Shown: positions 30,688 through 41,001, numbered from the stretch's first letter. The stretch is DNA of 64,000 nucleotides from Verrucomicrobiota bacterium (GCA_039806955.1 JBDHQI010000019.1:3707-67706), one strand, 5' to 3'. The notes: generated by a model from the sequence alone, not told the origin. Made by a program: numbers and translations.

Positions 30688-32292
30688 TCAACGCGGGCGG
30701 GATGACGCGAAACGCTCCGCCGCGGCCGTGCGAAATTCCCCGTGAATTTTATTTTTCGCATAATTGATCCAGGCCACATCAATAAACAGGCTGATTCCGA
30801 ACCAACCCGCTACAGCGGGCAGAGGGCGGGGAAACATTTGGGCGAACGGAAGAAAAATCAACATTAACAACCAAGGCAGTGTCAAAATCGAACTGGCCGC
30901 CAGACGAAAATCCCGGCGGGTCGTCGGCGTGACGACGCTCTTCCACAATCCCAGCCACAAGAGCGCAAGCAAATCGGGAACGAAAATCCCGACGACCACC
31001 AACTGAATGCCCAGCATCGAAATTTGACCGGAAAAATCCAAATCATGGCGATACCAGCAAGCGCCCAACAGCAACACCACCGTAGAGAGCAGGAGTAGAA
31101 ACGAGTTGCGAAACCGACGGCATAACGCCTGCCGTTCCCCCGCGATGATTTCCGCCACCGACAACGGAGTTACGAGCAACAGCTCAATCGCGCCGCTTTT
31201 CCGATCCCCCCACAGACGCTGGCCCACTTCATTGCCCACCATCGCCTTGAAGGACGCCAGCAGCGCCCAAAGGGTCATCATAAAAATGGGAGGATGAAGC
31301 CAGTTCTGGCGCAACTCATAAAGCCCCCAAATCCAAAACACGCCGAGCAACGCGCACACCAGCCAGAAGCCGTTGATGCCGCTGCGTTGGCGCAAGGCCA
31401 GCCAACTGTAAGCATTTTTGTCGAGCAGTCCCCGGTGGCGCTTGACTTTCCGCCCACGCCGTGACCCCGGTTCAGACCGACTGCGCGCGATAAGCGGCAA
31501 TTTCATTTTCCCTTCAGCCGTGGTTCGCCACGAACGCTGCAACTTAACGCCGGCCAAAATCAGGAACAGCCAGCCGAACGCATGAGTGGTGGCCAGCGAC
31601 GGATAGAATAGATTTCCAAGCGATTGCGAATAGGCCGACGCCATGCCCGCCAGATAAGTAAAGACCGGGCATGGCAACAAAAAGATGAGTCGGTACGAGC
31701 CGTTGGTAAGGGGAGAATGTAGTTCCAACCAGCCCAAGAACGGCGGCACGACAGTCACCAGCAGAATCAGTCCCAGGCCGACTGACGCTGCTGTTGCCGC
31801 GCGTTGACACCAAACCGAAGCCAATATTCCCGCGCTGAGCGAGAAAAATAGCGCGTTTAGAAATACCAGAGTCTGGCGCACATACTCGCCCCCGGTAACG
31901 CCACCCAGCAGCAAGGAAATGCCCAATAACGGCACCACTGCCAGCAGCGCATAAAACAGAACGACCGAATGGGCGAGCAACTTACCCAGCACCACGTCGT
32001 AGCCGCGCAAGTCCGTCAGAAACAGCAGCCCGAGCGTGCCCTCCCGCTTTTCAACACTCAGACAATCAGCCGTCGCCCGATAGCCCGCCACCAGCGCGAA
32101 GAGCGTGAGGCCGCCGGTCGCCAGATAAAACAACCCGGCGCCCATTTCGTGGGCGGAAAGCAGGCCAACTCCCAGCCGAAACCAACTGGCAGCAATCAGC
32201 AAAATCAGAGGCACCCAAAAGCGGACCCGATAAGTTCCCTGCCGTCGCGTCGCCACGCGCAACTCACGCTCGACGATCGGTAAAACTTGCAT
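30688..32292 (-). CDS. ABC-2 type permease-like membrane protein with internal duplication
   Basis: LPIVERELRV...EKREGTLGLLFLTDL and a second copy DRKSGAIELLLVTPL. Confidence 0.8.
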   Translation of the reverse strand: MQVLPIVERELRVATRRQGTYRVRFWVPLILLIAASWFRLGVGLLSAHEMGAGLFYLATGGLTLFALVAGYRATADCLSVEKREGTLGLLFLTDLRGYDVVLGKLLAHSVVLFYALLAVVPLLGISLLLGGVTGGEYVRQTLVFLNALFFSLSAGILASVWCQRAATAASVGLGLILLVTVVPPFLGWLELHSPLTNGSYRLIFLLPCPVFTYLAGMASAYSQSLGNLFYPSLATTHAFGWLFLILAGVKLQRSWRTTAEGKMKLPLIARSRSEPGSRRGRKVKRHRGLLDKNAYSWLALRQRSGINGFWLVCALLGVFWIWGLYELRQNWLHPPIFMMTLWALLASFKAMVGNEVGQRLWGDRKSGAIELLLVTPLSVAEIIAGERQALCRRFRNSFLLLLSTVVLLLGACWYRHDLDFSGQISMLGIQLVVVGIFVPDLLALLWLGLWKSVVTPTTRRDFRLAASSILTLPWLLMLIFLPFAQMFPRPLPAVAGWFGISLFIDVAWINYAKNKIHGEFRTAAAERFASSRPR

Positions 32293-32560
32293 GACCTGCA
32301 GTTAGCCAAGTTCGCCGGAAGCTTTCCAGCCCGAACCACCGGAACGGTCTCCGCCCACCGCAACGCCATCCAGACATCCAAGCTCCAAATTAAAACAACT
32401 TGCCTCCCGATAAGGGCAAAATAAAATGCGGCGGGATCCATACGCGAAAACGTCTGGGCTAATTCAACAATGAAGGCTGAATATTGATTCCTTCCTTTCA
32501 GAATAAACTCAGAATTTACTGCGTGAGAATTCGACGAAATTACAACCTAAAGGCAAAATT

Positions 32561-35410
32561 ATGAAACCAACCAGACATCGCAGTGTTCAACTCGCCCCGC
32601 ATTCGTCGCACGGCGCGCGCGGAGCGTTGGCCCGGACCGGTGCCCTCGTTTTGAGTGCGGCGGTATCACTGTTTGCAACTTCGGCACGCGCGATGTTGTC
32701 CGACTATCAGAACGCCGTGATGAGTGAGCCCAGCCTCATCTCGTATTACACCTTTGATGAATCGGATCTTTCAGATAGTAAATTGCTTTATTGGGGCGAA
32801 GAAAAAGGGACTCCAGCCGTCGCTTACGCTCCCGGTGTGGATGGTGAAGGCATGTCCCTCAGTTTAGACGGGCAGAATTGGATCAACTTTAACATCGTCC
32901 CGGATTTTGCGTTCACGGATGGCGACGGCTCAATCGAGGCTTGGTTCCGGGCTGGCGAAAGAAATTACAATTCACTCCTCTTCGCCAACCGCGACGGATC
33001 CACCCGTTACAGCGTCAATCTGGACACCAATAAAAAAGGCATCGGGATGTGGAACGGGACTAATTACTTCCCTACGGTGCCGATTCCGGATGCGGGTAAC
33101 GCTTGGCATCACTTGGTGGTCGTATTCGAGGGTGGCGACTTCAAGGTCTATTTGGACGGCGTTTATGCCGGTTCCGTAAACCGCCCGTTGGGAAGTCCGT
33201 TAGATCGCCCCACCCAGCTCGGCTCCACGTCTCCGTTTGCGGTGGACGAAGGTTGGGTTGGTGAACTGGATGAAGTCGCCTTCTACGCCGATCCCCTGCC
33301 ACTGGCGACCGTCGAGGCGCATTACCAGGCGTTCCTCGTGGGTAAATCACCGGTGATCGTCAAGTCGCCCAACGGCGGCACGTTTCTACCCGGAGTGACG
33401 CTTAATCTCAAAGTCCAAGCCACCGGACCAGATCTCACCTATCAATGGTTCAAAGGCGACGACCTTCTAGCCGGTGAAACGGCAGCCGTTATCTCCCTGC
33501 CGAATTTAAGTGCGGCCGAGGTTGGCAACTATTCGGTCAAGGTGTCCAATGCCGCTGGGGAGGTAACCAGTGATACCGCTTCCGTGGCTCTGGAAACCGA
33601 ACTGCCCGCGGCGTTGGTGTCCTATCAAACGGCGATTTCAAACGAAACCAGTCTGATTTCGTATTACACCTTCGACCGTTTGCAACCGCTCGATGATTTC
33701 GGTTCGCATGACGGCACCCTGTCGGGTTCTGCCGACTGGGGCGCGGGGTTGGGTGGCGGCCCAGCGCAGGCTCTGGCCTTGGACGGCAAAGGGCATGTCC
33801 GCCTCGGCGCGGTGCCGGATTTTGATTTCACTTCGGGAAGCGGAACCGTCGAGGGCTGGGTCCGGGCGGATTGGAGCGCCTCGGATTCCGTCGCTGATTT
33901 TCCATGCCTGTTTGCCAATCGCAACGGCGGCACTCGCTGGAGTTTGCACATGAGCAAGGACAAGTCCACCCTGACCTTTTACAACGGGGCTGGCAGCTCT
34001 CTTTACACCATTCCCGGTGGTGCCGGCACCGTCTGGCATCACGTCGCAGCCGTAATTGACGCGGGGAATACCACCTATTATTGGGACGGCGCATTGCTCG
34101 CCACGATAGCGCGCCCCTTGGGCGGTGCCAGCGTCACTGTGCAGTTGGGTTCATCCGCAGACAATACAACGGCGGAAGGCTGGTTTGGCCTGCTGGATGA
34201 AGTGGCGTTTTACTCAGAGGCCCTGCCCGCCGCCGCAATCGAAGCGCATTACAACGCCTATGCCGGCACCTTCCCTCCGGAAATTACCGCGCAACCCAAA
34301 GGAGGATACTATTTGGCCAATCAGCCGTGGCAAATCTCGGTCGGCACGACTGGAGTGCAGTTGAGCTACCAGTGGTATCGCGACGGGGTGGCAATCCCGG
34401 GAGCAACGAGCGCCAGTTTTGGCTCGGGAGCGGCCAGTCCCACCCTTTCGGGTCATTACCATGTGGAAGTATCCAACGCCAATGGCACGGTCACCAGCGA
34501 TGACGTGGAAGTTCACATTGGTAATGACATTGCCAATTATCAAAGCGTCGTTCAGAGCGAAAGTAGCCTCATTTCGTATTACACCTTCGACAACGAGGAC
34601 GCGGAAGACGCGCAATTTCTCCATCCCGGCACCATCGTGGGTGACACTGAAACCAGCGTGAGCTTCGGTCCGGGTGCGGGTGGAGTGCCCAACAAATCAG
34701 TTGTATTGGACGGCACGGGACACATTCGCCTCGGTGAAGTGGATGCGTTCAATTTCTACAGCGGTAGCGGGACCGTCGAAGCCTGGGTGCGCGCCAACTG
34801 GGTTAATCCAGCCAGCTACGATCCCACCATTTTTGCGGATCGCTGGGGAGACAGCGTTTGGAGCATTCACATGGAGCGATGGAAGAACTTCATCGGCAAC
34901 TGGAACGGTGAACGTTTTTATCAACAACCCGTTTCCGGTGCCGAGCAATGGCATCATTACGTCGTTGTTTTTGAGGGCGGTCTCACCAAGATGTACTGGG
35001 ACGGCAAACCGATCGGTACCGCGATCCAGGCCCTGAACAATTACCTTGGACGCACGACGCAAATCGGCTCCAGCGCCCCGGACGTCACGACTGAAGGTTG
35101 GATGGGCGGCCTTGACGAGGTGGCGTTCTACTCCGAGGCGCTGGATGATACCGCCATCTGGAATCACTACGTGGCGATGACCGGCTCGGCGCTACCATTG
35201 CCGCCCGCGTTGACCATCACCTTCAGCGGCAACCAGGTCACCGTGGCCTGGCCCGCCGAAGCAACGGACTTCGAATTGGTAACGGCGGACACTTTGCCGA
35301 CCAACGCTTGGACGGTGGTTCCCGGAGTGATGGGTAACAGTGTAACCCTTGACGCCACGGGGACCAGCCAATTCTTCCGCCTCCGGAAAATTGAAATAGG
35401 CGTGCAATAA
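32561..35410 (+). CDS. Secreted LamG-like jellyroll/Ig repeat protein
   Basis: Signal peptide; three units starting SLISYYTFD and ending LDEVAFYxxxL; two Ig linkers (YQW...Y.V.VSN); C-terminal ..QFFRL domain. Confidence 0.88.
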   Translation: MKPTRHRSVQLAPHSSHGARGALARTGALVLSAAVSLFATSARAMLSDYQNAVMSEPSLISYYTFDESDLSDSKLLYWGEEKGTPAVAYAPGVDGEGMSLSLDGQNWINFNIVPDFAFTDGDGSIEAWFRAGERNYNSLLFANRDGSTRYSVNLDTNKKGIGMWNGTNYFPTVPIPDAGNAWHHLVVVFEGGDFKVYLDGVYAGSVNRPLGSPLDRPTQLGSTSPFAVDEGWVGELDEVAFYADPLPLATVEAHYQAFLVGKSPVIVKSPNGGTFLPGVTLNLKVQATGPDLTYQWFKGDDLLAGETAAVISLPNLSAAEVGNYSVKVSNAAGEVTSDTASVALETELPAALVSYQTAISNETSLISYYTFDRLQPLDDFGSHDGTLSGSADWGAGLGGGPAQALALDGKGHVRLGAVPDFDFTSGSGTVEGWVRADWSASDSVADFPCLFANRNGGTRWSLHMSKDKSTLTFYNGAGSSLYTIPGGAGTVWHHVAAVIDAGNTTYYWDGALLATIARPLGGASVTVQLGSSADNTTAEGWFGLLDEVAFYSEALPAAAIEAHYNAYAGTFPPEITAQPKGGYYLANQPWQISVGTTGVQLSYQWYRDGVAIPGATSASFGSGAASPTLSGHYHVEVSNANGTVTSDDVEVHIGNDIANYQSVVQSESSLISYYTFDNEDAEDAQFLHPGTIVGDTETSVSFGPGAGGVPNKSVVLDGTGHIRLGEVDAFNFYSGSGTVEAWVRANWVNPASYDPTIFADRWGDSVWSIHMERWKNFIGNWNGERFYQQPVSGAEQWHHYVVVFEGGLTKMYWDGKPIGTAIQALNNYLGRTTQIGSSAPDVTTEGWMGGLDEVAFYSEALDDTAIWNHYVAMTGSALPLPPALTITFSGNQVTVAWPAEATDFELVTADTLPTNAWTVVPGVMGNSVTLDATGTSQFFRLRKIEIGVQ

Positions 35411-35432
35411 CAAAACACGCAATTAACGCGCT

Positions 35433-35464
35433 GGCATCCGGAAGCCGGAACACTTCCGGATGCC
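35433..35464 (+). terminator. Stem-loop downstream of the LamG gene
   Basis: Perfect 12-bp stem ggcatccggaag/cttccggatgcc; no U-tract. Confidence 0.4.
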
Positions 35465-35674
35465 TCGCTTCCGTTCCGGTCCGGCGCCAATGGCACTGGA
35501 TTCAGCCGCTGCATCAGCATCTGGACTTCCCACGGACTACTATTCTTTCACGCTGGTTTTCCCCGATCTGGTTCTCTGGTCAGAAATTCGCCCGGATTCA
35601 TTCCCTCAGATTTGGTGTGACAAGTTCAAATCAGGGGACTGGACGACGGCGGACTTTTTTCCTAGAGTCCGTTT

Positions 35675-35953
35675 GTGCCGAATCCAGCCAAGAGCACTTC
35701 ATCCGCCACTGCAGCTAAAACGACGATGCCGTTTGAGGAGGCATTGGAGAAATTGGAGGCCGTCGTGGAAGCGATGGAGTCCGGGGAGCTGCCATTGGAG
35801 AAATTGATCGCGCGCTATGAAGAAGGCGTTAAATTTGCGAAAATTTGCCAGGAAAAGCTGGCGGAGGCGGAAGTGAAGATTCAACAATTGGAACAAACCG
35901 CCACTGGCGAGTTGAAGTTGAAGCCCCTGACGGCTGATTTGGCCGAAGAATGA
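35675..35953 (+). CDS. xseB: Exodeoxyribonuclease VII small subunit
   Basis: FEEALEKLEAVVEAMESGELPLE...YEEG. Confidence 0.93.
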   Translation: MPNPAKSTSSATAAKTTMPFEEALEKLEAVVEAMESGELPLEKLIARYEEGVKFAKICQEKLAEAEVKIQQLEQTATGELKLKPLTADLAEE

Positions 35954-35954
35954 C

Positions 35955-37943
35955 ATGAGCAGATATCTGGATATGGTGGATGGGCCGGCCCACTTGAAAA
36001 AACTCTCGCCGCCACAGTTGGAAGTCATCGCGTCGGAAATTCGTCAGGAACTGATCACCAGCCTGGCCAAGGCGGGCGGCCATTTGGGACCCAACCTGGG
36101 AGTGGTGGAGCTGACACTGGCGCTGCACTACGTCTTTGATTCGCCCACCGACAAATTCATCTGGGACGTGAGCCATCAAGTTTATGTCCATAAAATGCTT
36201 ACGGGTCGCAAAGACCGTTTTCATACCATCCGCCAGACCGACGGATTGAACGGCTTCGCACTGCGCACCGAAAGTGAACATGATTGCTACGGTGCGGGGC
36301 ATGCGGGCACGGCATTGTCTGCGGCGCTGGGCATCGCCTCCGGACGGGATCGGCGCGGAACAGAAGAGAATGTGGTGTGTATCTTTGGGGATGCCGCCCT
36401 GACGAACGGCATTTCCTACGAAGCACTGAATAACATTTCGCAAACCACAAAAAAGTTCATCGGTATTCTGAACGACAATGAGTGGAGCATCGCGGAAAAT
36501 GTGGGGGCGATTAACAATTACCTCAACAAGCTAATCCGCAATCCGTCCTACAACAAACTGGCGCGGGACTTTCAGAATTTTCTGCGCAGGCTGCCGAAGG
36601 GAGAGCTGGCGGCGAAACTGGCGCACAAAGCCGAAGAGGGGTTCAAGGGCGCGCTCTCCGAGGTCAGCCTGCGCCGCAATGTGCCGATTGTGGATGCGGA
36701 AGGTCGCGGCGGTTACGGTAGCGCCATTTTGTTCGAGGAACTGGGATTGCGCTATCTGGGCCCGATTGACGGACACGATCTGCCGCTGCTGATCAAGACG
36801 TTGGAATTTGCCAAGTCTTGCGATCACCCCATCGTCATTCACATTCTGACCCGCAAAGGCAAGGGTTTCGAAGCCGCGCTCAAGGCGCCGGAAAAATTCC
36901 ACGGTTTGGGACCGTTTGATGAAAAAACGGGAGAAACCCTGCCGGCCAGCCCGGGCACGGCCCCCAACTACCAGGACGCGTTTGGCCAAGCGTTGGTCAA
37001 GTTGTGTCGGAAGAACAACACGTTGGTCGGCATCACCGCAGCCATGCCCAGCGGTACTGGGCTGAAGCATTTGGAAAAAGCCATGCCGGAACGTTACGTG
37101 GACGTGGGCATTGCGGAAGAACACGGAGTTATCTTCGCCGCCGGGTTGGCGACCATGGGTTTCCATCCGGTAGTGGCAATCTATTCGAGCTTCCTGCAAC
37201 GCGCGTATGACTGCATCCATCACGATGTGTGCCTGCAGGATCTGCCGGTGATTTTCTGCATGGATCGCGCGGGATTATCCGCGAATGACGGCCCGACCCA
37301 TCATGGTCTGTTCGATATCGCGTATCTCCGCTGCCTGCCGAACGTCATTGCGATGGCGCCAAAGGACGAGGACGAACTGCAGGACATGCTGTTTACGGCG
37401 ACTCACCAGAATCATCCCACTTTCATCCGTTACCCCCGCGGAGCCGGCGAGGGTGTGCCGATCAAGGAGCAACCCAAGTTGCTGGAGGTAGGCAAGGCGG
37501 AGGTAATCAGCACGTTCGCCAACTCCGGCAAACGCAAGGTGGCTCTCTTCGGCCTGGGAAACATGTGTCGCGTGGCGCGGGAAGCGGCGGCGGAACTGCG
37601 CGCGAGCGACTTCGACGTAGCGATCGTCAATCCCCGCTTCACCAAACCGCTTGACGCAGGAACACATGAATTTTTTGGGCGAGGGGCAGACCTGCTCGTC
37701 ACGCTCGAAGACCACGTGCTGATGGGCGGTTACGGCGCGGCGGTGTTGGAATGTTTCAGCGATCGCAGCCTGACGACACCGGTGCTTCGGGTCGGTTGGC
37801 CGGATCAATTCATCGAACACGCCTCGACGCAGAATGAATTACGTGCCAAATACGGCCTCACCGCCGCCAGCGTGGCCGCGCGAGTGAAGGCGCATTTCAC
37901 CGATGCGGTGGCGGCACAGCGCAAATTTGCCGAGATCGCCTGA
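35955..37943 (+). CDS. dxs: 1-deoxy-D-xylulose-5-phosphate synthase
   Basis: GGHLGPNLG, WDVSHQ, GPIDGH, IAEEH, DRAG, DGPTH. Confidence 0.97.
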   Translation: MSRYLDMVDGPAHLKKLSPPQLEVIASEIRQELITSLAKAGGHLGPNLGVVELTLALHYVFDSPTDKFIWDVSHQVYVHKMLTGRKDRFHTIRQTDGLNGFALRTESEHDCYGAGHAGTALSAALGIASGRDRRGTEENVVCIFGDAALTNGISYEALNNISQTTKKFIGILNDNEWSIAENVGAINNYLNKLIRNPSYNKLARDFQNFLRRLPKGELAAKLAHKAEEGFKGALSEVSLRRNVPIVDAEGRGGYGSAILFEELGLRYLGPIDGHDLPLLIKTLEFAKSCDHPIVIHILTRKGKGFEAALKAPEKFHGLGPFDEKTGETLPASPGTAPNYQDAFGQALVKLCRKNNTLVGITAAMPSGTGLKHLEKAMPERYVDVGIAEEHGVIFAAGLATMGFHPVVAIYSSFLQRAYDCIHHDVCLQDLPVIFCMDRAGLSANDGPTHHGLFDIAYLRCLPNVIAMAPKDEDELQDMLFTATHQNHPTFIRYPRGAGEGVPIKEQPKLLEVGKAEVISTFANSGKRKVALFGLGNMCRVAREAAAELRASDFDVAIVNPRFTKPLDAGTHEFFGRGADLLVTLEDHVLMGGYGAAVLECFSDRSLTTPVLRVGWPDQFIEHASTQNELRAKYGLTAASVAARVKAHFTDAVAAQRKFAEIA

Positions 37944-37986
37944 GCGTCAATGGCAGTGGATGTAAACTGCATCCCCAACTTGAAAG

Positions 37987-39255
37987 ATGAGAAAGCCCTC
38001 TTTGCTCATCGTCTGGCTGACGGTTTTCATTGACCTGATCGGGTTCGGCATCGTGGTGCCACTGACGCCGATTTTTGCGGAACGGTTTCGCGCCAGCAGT
38101 CTTACCATCAGCATCATCCTCGCGAGCTTTTCGGCTCTGCAATTTGTTTTTGCGCCGATCTGGGGACGCTTGTCAGATCGCAAAGGACGGCGGCCCATCA
38201 TGCTGATCAGCACGGCGGGCGCCATGTTCTCATACGTCATTTTTGCGATCGGGTTGGAATTGCCGAACGCCAATGCGACGCTCGTCATTCTGATCCTCTC
38301 GCGCTCGCTGGCCGGGGCGTTCGGCGGAAACATCACCGTGGCGCAGGCTTACATTGCTGACATTACGCCGCCCGAAAAACGCGCGCAGCGCATGGGATTG
38401 ATCGGGATGGCGTTTGGACTTGGATTTATTTTTGGGCCGGCCATTGGCGGTTTCTGTTTGAAACATGGAGGCGTTGCCGCTCCAGGCTGGGCGGCAGCAG
38501 CCATTTGCGCCGGGAACCTGGCATTGGCTTTTGGGTTGTTGCCGGAAAGTCGCCGGGCGGGTTCCGATCACGCACCGCAGCGCCCACATTTCGCCCAATG
38601 GAAACACACGCTGATGACTCCCGGCGTCGGCCTGTTGGTGACGGTGTTTTTTCTTTCGACGCTTTGTTTCAGCGCATTCGAAGTGACGCTGGCGTTGTTG
38701 GTATGCGACAATTTCAAGATTGATATTCATGACGATGCGGCGACGGCCGCCGTGGCGACCTACCTTTTTGTGTACTGCGGGTTGATCAGCGCTTTGGTTC
38801 AGGGCGGCATGATCAAGGGCATCGTGCGGAAGCTCGGCGAACCCAAGGTGATCGCCTTGAGCTTGGTTTTAACCGCAATCAGTTTGATGCTCCTGCCGTT
38901 CATTCACGGTGATGGCGCGCTTTCATGGCTGGTTCTGGCGCAGCGCGCGGGCGGCCCTTGGTGGACGCTGCTGGGCACTTTGGCGCTATTGGCCGTAGGC
39001 ACGAGCCTCACGCGCCCGCCGTTATTTGGGCTGCTTTCCAATCTCACCGCTGCGGACGAACAGGGAGCGAACATTGGCGTCAATCAAAGCGCCGGAAGTC
39101 TCGCCCGTATTATCGGGCAATTTGGAGCTCCGCTCATCCTGCTGGACGTTTCGCCTTACGTCCTGTTTCTGGGCAGCGGCTTGATGCTTTTGGTGGTGAC
39201 GGGCATCGTGCTCCGCCGCTTGGTCCCCGCAAGCCAAAAATCTTCCGCCACCTGA
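37987..39255 (+). CDS. MFS transporter, TetA/DHA1-like
   Basis: TVFIDLIGFGIVVP, GRLSDRKGRR motif A, GFIFGPAIGG. Confidence 0.9.
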   Translation: MRKPSLLIVWLTVFIDLIGFGIVVPLTPIFAERFRASSLTISIILASFSALQFVFAPIWGRLSDRKGRRPIMLISTAGAMFSYVIFAIGLELPNANATLVILILSRSLAGAFGGNITVAQAYIADITPPEKRAQRMGLIGMAFGLGFIFGPAIGGFCLKHGGVAAPGWAAAAICAGNLALAFGLLPESRRAGSDHAPQRPHFAQWKHTLMTPGVGLLVTVFFLSTLCFSAFEVTLALLVCDNFKIDIHDDAATAAVATYLFVYCGLISALVQGGMIKGIVRKLGEPKVIALSLVLTAISLMLLPFIHGDGALSWLVLAQRAGGPWWTLLGTLALLAVGTSLTRPPLFGLLSNLTAADEQGANIGVNQSAGSLARIIGQFGAPLILLDVSPYVLFLGSGLMLLVVTGIVLRRLVPASQKSSAT

Positions 39256-39401
39256 CGGCTCCGGCAACCACCTTGCTCGAAGGACAATTAAGGCCCGATC
39301 AAAAGACCGGCGGCAGAACTCAAATTCTGCCGCGCTCCGGCACGGCTGGCGCTGGTGATTTCATCGTCAAAATTGGTCCTGTAAAAAGTGAAAACTTTTG
39401 A

Positions 39402-39430
39402 ATGACAAGCTGCCGAACTGGTCTTATGGT
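39402..39430 (+). promoter_or_regulatory. Putative sigma70 promoter upstream of the small ORF
   Basis: atgaca-N17-tatggt preceded by an AT-rich tract. Confidence 0.4.
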
Positions 39431-39536
39431 CAGACTGTCAGAGGTGTTATGAAGTTTAACAACACTCAACTGGAAACGCACAAGGAGCGTTTCTGGAATC
39501 GGTCATCCTCAACAATAAACATCAACGTCCAAGCTT

Positions 39537-39701
39537 ATGACCAAAGCCACGATTGAAGCCATCAGTGACGCCATTCGCGATCCCAATCATCCCTTCCGCA
39601 AGACGGATTATCAGCCCAAGAAGGCGATGAAGAACCGTTACGAGCGACGAAAAATCAAAGCTTATCTGCATCTGGCCGACTGGGAATCCGAGCCGGTGTA
39701 A
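39537..39701 (+). CDS. 54-aa basic hypothetical protein (absent from the ORF track)
   Basis: MTKATIEAISDAIRDPNHPFRKTDYQPKKAMKNRYERRKIKAYLHLADWESEPV*; coding-like codon usage and upstream promoter. Confidence 0.6.
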   Translation: MTKATIEAISDAIRDPNHPFRKTDYQPKKAMKNRYERRKIKAYLHLADWESEPV

Positions 39702-40212
39702 TCCCCGAGCTTTCATGGAAAGTCTTGTCGCCGCCGCACCCGTAAGTGCGGCGGCTCTCTTTTTGGCAGGCCGGGCAAACGCCGAAAAATTCCAACCGAT
39801 GCGTAACCGCTTTGAAATGACTCTGCGCAATCAGCCGCTTTTCCAAATCCGCGACGATGCACTCCTCAAGTTCAACGATGCGATTACACTCGGTACAAAC
39901 CAAATGATGCAGGTGAGCGGACGGATGGTCGTTCAACCAGGCGAAGCGGGTGGCGCCGTTTTCAAAGTGGAATCGTTTCACCAATCCAAGCTGTTCCAGG
40001 ACTTTGACCGAGCGATAAACCGTCGCCAAGTCACAGCGCCCCACAGGAAGCGCCTGAAAAATTTCCTTAGGCGTCAACGACCCCGAAGCGCGCTGTAACA
40101 CTCGTAGAATCGCACGCCGGGGCGCGGTGATTTTGCGCGCCTCCCGGCGCAGCCGCAGCGAGAGCCGGTGCTCGGCAGTGGCGACCGCCGTAGTCGCGAC
40201 AACACCCTTCAT
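39655..40212 (-). CDS. Fur family transcriptional regulator (Zur/Mur-like)
   Basis: TAPRRAIL, DLATVYR, HLHHLVCTEC, GVCPAC. Confidence 0.9.
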   Translation of the reverse strand: MKGVVATTAVATAEHRLSLRLRREARKITAPRRAILRVLQRASGSLTPKEIFQALPVGRCDLATVYRSVKVLEQLGLVKRFHFENGATRFAWLNDHPSAHLHHLVCTECNRIVELEECIVADLEKRLIAQSHFKAVTHRLEFFGVCPACQKESRRTYGCGGDKTFHESSGITPARIPSRPDADKL

Positions 40213-40215
40213 GCG

Positions 40216-40956
40216 TCAATGCACAAACACACAGGCAATTCCCGCTGCTGAGCCGATGATGATCGCGCCCAGCTTGGCCAGGTTGAAGCGGTGCAAATCG
40301 CTGGATTCAAACAAAATCGTGGTGGAGATGTGCATGAAAATGCCGATGACAATCGCCATCATTTCCTTGCCATAGGCCGCCAGGGTCGTGTGGCTGCTGA
40401 TGAACATGCCCAGCGGGGCCATGGCCGCAAACAACACCAGGATTCCGATGGCCTTTCCGCGCGGCATTCCGGATTGCAGCAACATGCCCAAGAGCGCGAT
40501 GGAGACGGGATAGTTATGGACGATAATGCTCGTTAATAAAAGCCGCCGCGTATGCGGGTCCAGTCCCTGCCCCACCCCGGTGTGTCCTTTTCCCAACGCC
40601 AAAGCTTCCACCAAAGCGTGCAAACACAGCCCCATCACGATGCCGACGGGCATGCGCTTGGCCACGACATGAGAATGACCATGCTCAACTCCCATGGAAA
40701 TGACATCCAGCGCCACCTGGATGAAAAATCCCAATAACATCAGGAAGCCGATCAACAAGACCCCGGACGACACCGCGTTCTCGTGGACCGGATGATCGTG
40801 GTAAAGTTCCGGCAATAGATGCAGAAACGTCAGGCTGAGTAGGAAGGCTCCGGTAAAGGCGTTCAGGAGACGAATGTGTCGCGCTTCGTAGAGTCGGAAG
40901 CCGAACACCGTGAGCGCCCCCAGCGCGATACTCGAGAGCAACAGCAGATACTCCAT
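40216..40956 (-). CDS. ZIP family metal transporter
   Basis: FLHLLPE, His-rich loop EHGHSH, LHALVEA, IIVHNYP, MHISTTILFE. Confidence 0.9.
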   Translation of the reverse strand: MEYLLLLSSIALGALTVFGFRLYEARHIRLLNAFTGAFLLSLTFLHLLPELYHDHPVHENAVSSGVLLIGFLMLLGFFIQVALDVISMGVEHGHSHVVAKRMPVGIVMGLCLHALVEALALGKGHTGVGQGLDPHTRRLLLTSIIVHNYPVSIALLGMLLQSGMPRGKAIGILVLFAAMAPLGMFISSHTTLAAYGKEMMAIVIGIFMHISTTILFESSDLHRFNLAKLGAIIIGSAAGIACVFVH

Positions 40957-41001
40957 AAACGGACTTGGAAAGCGTTTAACCGGGAACGCCGCCACCTGGC
41001 G

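Noticed and set aside
35675-37943. xseB-dxs without ispA (likewise cdsA-dxr without uppS and a lone trpG/pabA)
   Set aside because: Ordinary gene-order variation; the partners are probably elsewhere in the genome
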